Shown piece by piece: positions 54,861-64,000 of a DNA stretch of 64,000 nucleotides. Each line of letters opens with the position of its first letter. Positions within the stretch are counted from its first letter, which is position 1. The notes under the pieces were generated by a model that searched no databases, was not told the DNA's origin, and saw only the letters and a list, made by a program, of their open reading frames with translations. The translations under genes and the position numbers were made by a program. Source of the stretch: Eledone cirrhosa (lineage: Eukaryota); assembly GCA_964016885.1 (NCBI GenBank), contig OZ024742.1, positions 1,364,001 through 1,428,000 on the forward strand, given 5' to 3'.

Positions 54861-55200
54861 TGGAGGCACATGGCTTAGTGGTTAGAGCATTGGCCTTGCA
54901 ATCGAAAGGTGAGTTCAATTCTCAGACCGGGTGATGTGTTGTTTCCTTGAGCAAGACACTTTATTTCACATTGTTCCAGTTTACTCAGCTGTAGAAATGA
55001 GATGATAGGGACTGGGGTCCCTGTCATTCCACTGCAAAGTGGTCGTGGAGGTGCCACGGCAAAAAAGCACCCAGCACTCACTGTAAATGAGGTTGGTGTT
55101 AGGAAGGGCATCCAGCTGTAGAAATCAAGCCAGAATCAGTTCCCGTCCCACCCTTGCAAGCAGGGAAAAAGCGGACGTAAAATGAAATGATGATGATGAT
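54861..55200 (+). mobile_element. Full-length tRNA-derived CORE-type SINE with RTE tail
   Basis: A box TGGCTTAGTGG, B box GAGTTCAATTC, CORE-like CCTTGAGCAAGACACTT...CAGTTTACTCAGCTGTAGAAATG, tail identical to the RTE end at 62224, (GAT)n. Confidence 0.9.
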
Positions 55201-55435
55201 ATATATATATATATATATATTGTGAGTGTGTGTATGCATGTATACATTTGTGTCTGTGTATATATACGTATATGTTTGTGCTATTTCTAATAACCATCCT
55301 TTCACCTCTTAGTAATTTGTGTGTGAGAGACGTTGGCTGAGAGCTTTTGACGGGAACGAGAAGATTTGTTTTCTATTCTCCCGCCACCATGTAAAGTTTG
55401 TAAATCTGTGGCTGGTCGAGGGACAGAGTTGTATC

Positions 55436-55800
55436 GGATTCCAGTTGCTAATCGCTTTACCATGTCAGTTGTCACAAACAGTCATGACCAACATGGGCTG
55501 GGGTTTGGATTCTGTCGATCGATTGGTTATTGATTAGGCGATACCCACTGATAAAGCTGCATAAGCCGATTATGCATTGTTGCATATTATATGCAGACAG
55601 AGGGTGCAGTGCACCTTACTGCTGCATTAAGTGTGGCCGAAACTCGAGTCCGGGAACTATTACAAACACCCGTTTTATGCGTGTTGTATTGAAGCAAATA
55701 ACTGTGTATACTCTGGGAATGTATCTTACATTGCCTATTGAGTACGCTGAGATACAACCGGTACTGGCATTGATAAATATGCTGGGTCCATCAACTCATT
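55436..55800 (+). mobile_element. Penelope-like pseudo-LTR fragment with degenerate hammerhead (copy 2)
   Basis: Homolog of 373-745; core CTGATAA (G8A) at 55548-55554, GAAACTCGAGTC retained. Confidence 0.6.
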
Positions 55801-55815
55801 ATTATTATATATATA

Positions 55816-56160
55816 TGGAGGCACATGGCTTAGTGGTTAGAGCATTGGCCTTGCAATCAAAAGATTGTGAGTTCAATTCTCAGACCGGGTGATGTGTTGT
55901 TTCCTTGAGCAAGACACTTTATTTCACATTGCTCCAGTTTACTCAGCTGTAGAAATGAGATGATAGGGACTGGGGTCCCTATCATTCCACTGTAAAGTGG
56001 ACGTGTAGGTGCCACGGAAAAAAACCACCCAGCACTCACTGTAAATGAGGTTGGTGTTAGGAAGGGCATCCAGCTGTAGAAATCAAGCCAGAATCAGTTC
56101 CCGTCCCACCCTTGCAAGCAGGGAAAAGCAGACGTAAAATGAAATGATGAAAATGATGAT
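55816..56160 (+). mobile_element. Full-length CORE-type SINE
   Basis: Same family as 54861-55200. Confidence 0.9.
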
Positions 56161-56166
56161 ATATAT

Positions 56167-57435
56167 GTAAATATCTTTAAGTCGTTTGGAAGCCTCGACA
56201 ATGCAAACAGACAGAGTAGGAGACACCAGACACAAGAGACAGAGAGGCACCGAAGGCAAGTGCTTCCTTAAAATGCCACACCTGGGCGAGAATACCACCA
56301 ACGCTATCCGCAAGGCTATACGGAGGGAGGGCCTTGACATCCACCTAGCCCACTCGGGCCCCTCCCTGCGAAGATGCCTCTCCAGGAAACCCGGGAAATC
56401 AACTGACGCGTGCTCCCTCAGAGACTGCCCGATACGCCATGCGAACACTTGCCTATGGACATACGTCGTGTATAAGATAGAATGTGACAGGTGCAACCAA
56501 TACTATATAGGTAGCACAATCCGACCTTTGCACATCCAGATCAAGGAACACACTAAAACCAGGGCCTCGTCTTTCCGGAAACACATAGACAAATGCGGAA
56601 ACAAAGACGGAAGGCCCATTGTCACAATTCTAGCGACTGAAAGAAACGGCACGTTACGTATCAAGGAAGCACTTTTTATCAAACGCCTGGAACCGCAAAT
56701 AAACAATCGATCCGAGAGAAGCGAAATAAGGTGGTTGGTTTAAGTTAACAAATGATGCAGCAACACACGCACACACACACACAAGCGAGACAACTACACA
56801 CGCACACGCACACACACACACACAGTAGCATTCCACCATACGAACATACTACACTGCCAATACAGAGGAACAAGGCAACAACACACACACACTCAAGCGA
56901 GACAACAACACACGCACACACACACACAGTAACATTTAACAAACAGGCAGAGAATGGACTGACAGCTAGTGCCACCACACTCCCACAATTGAAAGAACTA
57001 CTTCGGCCGCTGACCTCTGCCCGACCGACCCCATTTCACGCGCACGCGCGCTCTGCTGAATACCTCAGATATTGAAAACAACAAACAGCGGAGGACGCGT
57101 TTCGCACCTTTCCGACAGACAACCTTTCCCCCACCCCGGAAAAAAACCCCAGTTGATGGATGTGAATCCGAAATATATAGGGACAATTAAATCTCTCCCA
57201 AGGTAACTCTCTCTCGTGTTGTTATTTTAATTTTATCCTTTATACTCTTTCCTTCATTCCTCTGCACGTCTTATACACGCCACGCATCTCAACGTACACC
57301 CACTTACATCTCTCTCTCCACCACCGGATCTTGTTACCCGGAGATTTACCCATTTGCATTGTCAAGGCTTCCAAACGACTTAAAGATATTTACCTATTAT
57401 TCCACAATGCTTCAAGGAAACTTCAATACTCTCTT
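56167..57435 (+). mobile_element. Penelope-like element, 5'-truncated: GIY-YIG endonuclease plus pseudo-LTR
   Basis: ORF to 56743 with VVYKIEC.RC.QYYIGSTIRPL..IKEH...EALFI...PQIN; degenerate hammerhead at 57147-57182; 41-bp inverted repeat 56167-56207 / 57353-57393. Confidence 0.9.
57147..57182 (+). ncRNA. Degenerate minimal hammerhead in the Penelope pLTR
   Basis: CCC-CAGTTGA-TGGAT(gtga)ATCC-GAAA-TATAT-A-GGG; two substitutions relative to CUGAUGA. Confidence 0.5.
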
Positions 57436-57446
57436 ATATATATAAG

Positions 57447-58432
57447 ACCGGATGCCCATGGGAACTCCTGTATGCAGATGACTTCGCACTTATAGCTGAA
57501 TCTATGGTAGAACTAGAGAAGAAGTTCCAAACTTGGAAGCAGGGACTAGAAAGAAAGGGTCTCAAAGTCAACCTGACAAAGAATAAGGTCCTTGTAAGTA
57601 GACGAGAAAACAGAACCCAGATTCCCTCAGGGAAATTGCCTTGCTCAGTATGTAGGTAGGAACTCCATTCTCTGCCCCAAATGCAAACAATGGGTACACA
57701 AGAGATGTAGTGGGATCTCAGGAAGTTTAACTAAGAATGTAGGTTCACATGTAACAACTGCGCTGGGACAGCAAGCAGCAAATGACTACAGGAAACAAGA
57801 ACCACCAAACTCTGGGAGGGCTCTGTAGAAACAGTAGACAGCTTCTGCTACCTAGGTGACTGAATTAGCAGCAGAGGTGGGTGTTCGGAAAGTACAATAA
57901 TAGGGTAAGAACGGGATGGAAGAAGTTCGGGGAGCTACTGCCACTGCTAGCTGCAAAAGGCTTTTACCTCAAAATGAAAGGCAGACTGTATGATGCATGT
58001 ATACGAACAGCAATGTTACATGGAAGTGAAACCTGGGCGCTGTCTGTGGAAGACTTGCGTAGATTAGAAAGAAACGAAGCTCCGATGGAAGTGTAATTAG
58101 TAATATACGCGAACAGCAAAGCATAAATGAATTAAGAGAGAGACTGAGCATAAGAGGAATCAAATGCTGTGTGCAGGAGAGGCGGTTGCGTTGGTATGGA
58201 CATGTGATGCGTATGAAGGATGATAGCTGCTTAAAAAGGTGCACAGCACTAGAAGTTGATGGAAACCGCGGAGTGGGGAGACCCAAGATGACCTGGGATG
58301 AGGTGATAAAAGCCGACCTTACCCAATTACACCTCTCAAAGGCGATGACACACGACCGTGACCTCTGGCATCACGCATGCTAGCATGGAAAATGGTCGTT
58401 AAACGAAGATGATGATGATGATGATGATGATA
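57447..58432 (+). mobile_element. RTE-clade LINE 3' fragment
   Basis: GCPWELLYADD, Cys cluster, RTGWKKF.ELLPLL, LHGSETW, RLRWYGHV, (GAT)n tail; multiple lesions. Confidence 0.9.
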
Positions 58433-59115
58433 TATAATTCTCCCCCACCTTTCGTTGTCAACCCGTCCCTTTATGCTTTCATTTTATTTCCTATCCTTTA
58501 TTTTTTGATTTTATTTATTTATATCTGTTCCCCCAACTACTTCCCAATGTGTCGTCGGTTGGTATTGTACATACGTAGTATAAAGCCTATATGTGTGCGC
58601 ACATTTAAGTATCCACATTTATGTGCGTGTGTGTATATATATCTTTACGATTACGTCTATGTGCACACATAGGTGTAAGTGTGCGCGCGTGTGTGAACTT
58701 AAGTATGTCTGTGTATATGTGCGTGTATAGGCAGATGTGCGTATGTATGTTTACACTGTTTGTATGTGCTAGAGTGGATATAATTATGTGTGTATGTATG
58801 TGTATATGTATATATATATATATATATACGTTAATACTGAGTACGTGTATTAATACGCGCCTGCGTTTGCGCATATGTGAGCAAAAGATCACACGCATAT
58901 GTGTGTATTTGTATTTCCATGCAGACACACACATACTTATGTGTGAATGTATATGTTTACGTACTATTACGTTTATGCGTGATTTTGTTTATGTATTTGG
59001 ATATTTATTTATTAATTTTTTTCCCCTCAATTTTTGCCCATTATTTTATTTCAGCCTCACTTTCATTTATCCTATACTCTGTTTTCAAATCCATATTACT
59101 ATTTCATAAATAAAT

Positions 59116-59180
59116 ATTTCTTCTAATGAATGAAGACAGACATAAATATCTGTCTTCAAGAAACCACTGGTAAATGAAAT
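59116..59180 (+). ncRNA. Type I hammerhead with G5A substitution (probably inactive)
   Basis: ATTTCTT-CTAATGA-ATGAAGACAGA..TCTGTCTTCAA-GAAA-CCACTGGT-A-AATGAAAT; 10-bp helix II. Confidence 0.55.
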
Positions 59181-60095
59181 AATTATCTTATGTTGTTTAT
59201 TACATAATTAATAAGCTCTGTAGCCTACATAGAGCACTCTCTTTTCCTTTACCTTTCCTACCTACGGAAATACTTCATTCATATATATATATGTATATAG
59301 TGTACATGTGTGTTTATGTAAAGTAAATTTTCACCCCTCAGGTTTTTTTTGGGAGTTTTATTCTAACTCATTACTTTTTCATAGCTAATTTTTTATTTTT
59401 TTTATTATTTTATTTCCTACTGTCTCTGTCCCTCCAAATTATATCTTTTCTACCTCTCTTGTTAGTCCAGTTGCCTTTTATTCACAACGGATAGCAGTGG
59501 AAATATCTTTACTGCAAGATGCAACAAACTTACCTCGTATTTTGAAATCTTTCTGAAGAAATGCAATATTTAATGTATTGCTAGTGAATGGGCACAGTAA
59601 TAATATTGATATGCAACCAGCACTATGTAGACTTATATTGTATTGAAACATATATTATAGAATGAACTTTTGATAAAATACTTCACTTTTTTTTACACTT
59701 CACGCCTAGTGTTTGTTTTTCCTATACATTTAAATATATATATATATATATACAAGACGGGCTTCCTCAGTTTCCTTCTACCTGGTCATCTCAAGGTTAC
59801 AGATGATACTTGCCCAAGGTGCCATACTATGGGATATATCTTGAGACTGTGGTTATAAATTGACCTTCTTAACCACATAGCCATGTCTACATCTCCAATC
59901 AGTAGTTTCACCATTTACTATACTATTTCTTAACTCCCACCAACTCCACGATAAAGTATTAACAGATGTTACACCATCTAACTCTTTTACTTGTTCCAGC
60001 CATTTGGCTGAGGCCATGCAGGGGCACCACCCCTATGGTCTTTAATCTACAATGTCTGTATTTACTGTAATTTCTCATCTAATTTTTATATGCAG

Positions 60096-60173
60096 GTTCA
60101 CTATAATGCCAGGTCTTACCATTTAACACCTTTCACACTCTTCCAAATAATTGTAAACCTGCAACAGAAACAG
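60096..60173 (+). CDS. SLC25A46: SLC25A46 exon (VHYNARSYHLTPFTLFQIIVNLQQKQ); gene continues beyond the window
   Basis: tatgcag acceptor and CAG|gtaggt donor, 78 nt, phase 0-0; resembles vertebrate VNYHAQHYHLTPFT. Confidence 0.93.
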
Positions 60174-60324
60174 GTAGGTCTTATCTCTGACTTCATCCCT
60201 TATCACAACCATTGTCATAGCAGTTGTCAACATCACAACTATTGTCATAGCAGTTGTCAACATCAGTCATAATCAACATCATTGTAGTTGTCATTGTTAA
60301 TATTATTAGTTATGATCTTAGTTA

Positions 60325-62285
60325 GTGTACTTAGCACACAGGGAGGTTGAGGGTAGGAGGTTTGCCAATGTTCTGCGACGGGAAGATCAGAGGCATGCGG
60401 TGTTCCACATTGCAAGGCAGTGTGTCAATGCAAATCAGGATGTTGTTGGAGATAAATGTGTCCGGAATGATGCCGGTGTACTTAGTGTCACGAATGGTCA
60501 GAAAAAGGAGGCCTGGAAATGTCATGATGAGAGACTGATAAATGTGGAGAACGAATGGGAGAGAGAGAAATTACCCTTAGTAGATCCGACAGAGGGACCA
60601 TTGAGATTGACGAATATAGGGTCCAAGAGGCGATTAAGGAAATGAAAAATGGTAAGGCTGCTGGACCATCGGGAATAGTTGCTGAGATGCTGAAGGCATC
60701 AGGATACGTAGGCACTAAACTGGTTGCACGCATCATCAATCAGGCTATATATGGTGGTGTCATACCCAAAGACTGGTGCAGCAGTATTCTCATAAATTGC
60801 TACAAAGGTAAAGAGATGCTCTGGAGAGAAGCAATTATAGGGGTATAAAACTGATGGATCAGGTTATGAAAGTGGCAGAAAGGATTTTAGCACAACTAAT
60901 TAGAGAAAGGGTCAAACTAGATGAGATGCAGTTTGGTTTTGTGCCTGGCAAGAGTACAACAGATTCCCTCTTCTTGGTGAGACAATTACAAGAGAGATTC
61001 TTAGAGAAAAATAAGCCACTATACTTAGCCTTTGTTGACCTAGAGAAGGCCTTTGATAGGGTACCCCGATCTGTCATCTGGTGGTCCCTAAGGAAACTAG
61101 GTGTTTAGGAATGGCTTGTGAGGACAGTGCAAACTTTGTACAGAGGTACTGTCAGTAAAGTCAGAGTAGGAATGGAGTTTAGTGAGGAATTCCAGGTACA
61201 AGTAGGAGTACATCAAGGTTCGGTCCTCAGCCCGCTCTTGTTCATTATAGTCCTCCAAGCCATAACACTGGCTGTCCATGGGAATTTCTCTATGCTGATG
61301 ATCTGGTTCTTATAGCAGAATCTGCAGAGGAGCTAGAGAATAAATTCTGGCTATGGAAACAGCAGTTGGAAGCAAGAGGACTAAGAGTGAACCTAGCTAA
61401 GACAAAAGTGTTGATGAGTAGAAAAGAGGACAAATCCCTGATTCCGTCAGGGAAATGGCCATGTTCGATATGCAGAAAAGGAACTGGCATAAATTCTATA
61501 AAATGCACACGATGCAGATCCTGGGTACACAAGAGATGTAGCGGGATAGCAGGCAAACTAACAGGTAGGGAGAAATATGTATGCAGTAGATGTACGGGAA
61601 ATTAGACAGTAGAAGTCGCATTGATAGATACACTTTTCAAATGCAGGCGGGTGCTATAGAAGTGGTGGATAGCTTCCGGTACCTAGAAGATCATTAGCAT
61701 GGGAGGGGGGTGTTCCGAGGCCATAGTATCTAGAATAAGGACGGGTTGGAAGAAGTTTAGGGAGCTGCTTCCTCTGTTGACGAAGAAGGGTTTCTCCCTG
61801 CGTACGAAAGGCCGGTTATATGATGCCTGTGTGAGGAGCGCGATGTTGCATGGTAGTGAGACATGGGCAGCAACTGCAGAGGATATGCGACGGCTGGAGA
61901 GAAATGAGGCAAGCATGCTCCGTTGGATGTGCAGTGTAAATGTGCGTGAACGACCCAGCATAAATGTGTTGAGAGAGAAACTGTGTCTGAGAGGGATAGA
62001 ATGTAGTGTACGGGAGAGGAGACTGAGGTGGTATGGACATGCGCATGGAGGATGACCGATGGGTGAAGAAGTGCCAGGAATTGCCAGTTGAAGGAAGACA
62101 TGGTAGAGGTAGACCACGAAAAACATGGGCGGAGGTGGTGAGAACAGACCTCAGATTGCTCAAGCTCACGGTGGAGATGATGGAGGACCGTGACAAGTGG
62201 AGAGATGCTGTGCTGAATAAGACCCGTCCCACCCTTGCAAGCAGGGAAAAGCGGACGTAAAATAATGATGATGATGATCATCATC
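60325..62285 (+). mobile_element. RTE-clade LINE, 5'-truncated and decayed, with intact 3' end
   Basis: GKAAGPSG, QFGFVPGKST, AFVDLEKAFDRV, GVHQGSVLSPLLF, YADD, PHD-like finger, GRGRPRKTW, (GAT)n tail. Confidence 0.93.
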
Positions 62286-62415
62286 GAGAATGGTGGATTA
62301 GTAGCAGAGTTAGTAGAGTGACCGACAACATGCTTTGTGGTATACAGTTACATTCCTTTACGTTCTCAGTTCAAATTAATACATACATACATTTAACATC
62401 ATTTAACATTCATTA

Positions 62416-62750
62416 TGGAGGCACATGGCTTACTGGTTAGAGCATTGGCCTTGCACTCGAAAGGTTGTGAGTTCAATTCTCAGACCGGGTGATGTGTTGT
62501 TTCCTTGAGCAAGACACTTTATTTCACATTGCTCCAGTTTACTCAGCTGTAGAAATGAGATGATAGGGACTGGGGTCCCTATCATTCCACTGCAAACTGG
62601 TTGTGGAGGTTCCACGGCAAAAAAGCACCCAGCACTCACTGTAAATGAGGTTGGTGTTAGGAAGGGCATCCAGCTGTAGAAATCAAGCCAGAATCAGTTC
62701 CCGTCTCACCCTTGCAAGCAGGGAAAAAGTGGACGTAAAATGATGATGAT
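62416..62750 (+). mobile_element. Full-length CORE-type SINE
   Basis: Same family as 54861-55200. Confidence 0.9.
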
Positions 62751-63104
62751 ATTTCCCTGCTAGCGATATATATATTGAGGTAGTGTCCTAGCATCAAATA
62801 CTGTTGATGGTTGAATGGAACATATTGAGGTAGTGTCCTAGCATCAAATACTCTTCATGTCACCTTTTTCATCATTATCATCGTTTTTACATCCATTTTT
62901 TTTCCACTCTTGCATGGGTTTATATATATATATATATATATAGAATTTGGATTTAATGCTCTGAAATAGCGATATATATGTGAAGACAAACAGAATATTC
63001 GAAAATATTCTGTATGTTTATAATAAACATTTTGAAGACCTAATCGCTATAGAATAGAATACGTCACGTATTACAATTTGAGATTCTCGATAAAAGCAAG
63101 GGAA

Positions 63105-63147
63105 GTAACCTACGCGTTTCATTCTTATTAGAAATCATCAGGATTAC
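63105..63147 (-). ncRNA. Type I hammerhead ribozyme (retrozyme unit, - strand)
   Basis: Exact reverse complement of 63470-63512. Confidence 0.88.
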
Positions 63148-63469
63148 ATATCCAATGCTTTTATCGAGAATGACACAGCTAGAGACTTATAGAATACTTA
63201 GCTGTGTACAGGAACTGGTTTGAAAGAGCGGTTGCCGGTCCGGCAGAAATTAGAATTTGGATTTAATGCTCTGAAATAGCGATATATATGTGAAGACAAA
63301 CAGAATATTCGAAAATATTCTGTATGTTTATAATAAACATTTTGAAGACCTAATCGCTATAGAATAGAATACGTCACGTATTACAATTTGAGATTCTCGA
63401 TAAAAGCAAGGGAAGTAACCTACGCGATAAGTCTCTAGCTGTGTCATTCTCGATAAAAGCATTGGATAT

Positions 63470-63512
63470 GTAATCCTGATGATTTCTAATAAGAATGAAA
63501 CGCGTAGGTTAC
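63470..63512 (+). ncRNA. Type I hammerhead ribozyme (retrozyme unit)
   Basis: GTAATC-CTGATGA-TTTCT(aata)AGAAT-GAAA-CGCGT-A-GGTTAC; intact core, palindromic helix III ACGCGT, predicted cleavage after A63506. Confidence 0.9.
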
Positions 63513-63781
63513 TTCCCTTGCTTTTATCGAGAATCTCAAATTGTAATACGTGACGTATTCTATTCTATAGCGATTAGGTCTTCAAAATGTTTATTATAAA
63601 CATACAGAATATTTTCGAATATTCTATGTTTGTCTTCACATATATATCGCTATTTCAGAGCATTAAATCCAAATTCTAATTTCTGCCGGACCGGCAACCG
63701 CTCTTTCAAACCAGTTCCTGTACACAGCTAAGTATTCTATAAGTCTCTAGCTGTGTCATTCTCGATAAAAGCATTGGATAT

Positions 63782-63824
63782 GTAATCCTGATGATCTCTA
63801 ATAAGAATGAAACGCGTAGGTTAC
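63782..63824 (+). ncRNA. Type I hammerhead ribozyme (retrozyme unit)
   Basis: Same as 63470 with one T>C in helix II; predicted cleavage after A63818. Confidence 0.85.
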
Positions 63825-64000
63825 TTCCCTTGCTTTTATCGAGAATCTCAAATTGTAATACGTGACGTATTCTATTCTATAGCGATTAGGTCTTCAAAAT
63901 GTTTATTATAAACATACAGAATATTTTCGAATATTCTATGTTTGTCTTCACATATATATCGCTATTTCAGAGCATTAAATCCAAATTCTAATTTCTGCCG

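Larger units (their letters stand above)
62941..64000. mobile_element. Retrozyme-like tandem array of 310-312 bp hammerhead-containing units with an internal inversion
   Basis: Units start at 62941 and 63251 (hammerhead on the - strand), orientation switches at 63426/63427, then + strand units of 312 bp run off the window. Confidence 0.88.

Noticed and set aside
54861-54930. tRNA gene
   Set aside because: A and B boxes are present, but this is the head of a multi-copy SINE with no convincing acceptor stem.
62772-62852. 31-bp direct duplication as a target-site duplication of the retrozyme array
   Set aside because: Both copies lie on the same side of the array; likely local slippage.

Overview
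Repeat-dense animal genomic DNA, most likely a coleoid cephalopod such as Octopus (inferred from its CORE-type SINEs, RTE LINEs and extreme microsatellite load). Four small + strand exons (43332-43470, 48888-48927, 52680-52737, 60096-60173) splice in frame to the N-terminal part of the mitochondrial carrier-family protein SLC25A46. Four further candidate exons (14130-35466) may be the 3' end of an unidentified upstream gene. About 23 kb is large satellite arrays (26, 32, 44 and 54 bp units). The rest is decayed RTE, Tx1/L1, CRE-like and Penelope-like retroelements plus SINEs. The most striking signal is RNA structure: about ten type I hammerhead ribozyme motifs from several unrelated sequence families. 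They include a tandem, highly self-complementary 310-312 bp hammerhead repeat (retrozyme-like, a possible circRNA source) with an inversion junction inside an SLC25A46 intron, a family with a compensatory U3:A8 core, and hammerheads with branched helix II. The 7 kb 44-bp satellite appears to have grown out of the endonuclease region of a CRE-like retrotransposon. All calls were made by eye; no database search or folding program was run.
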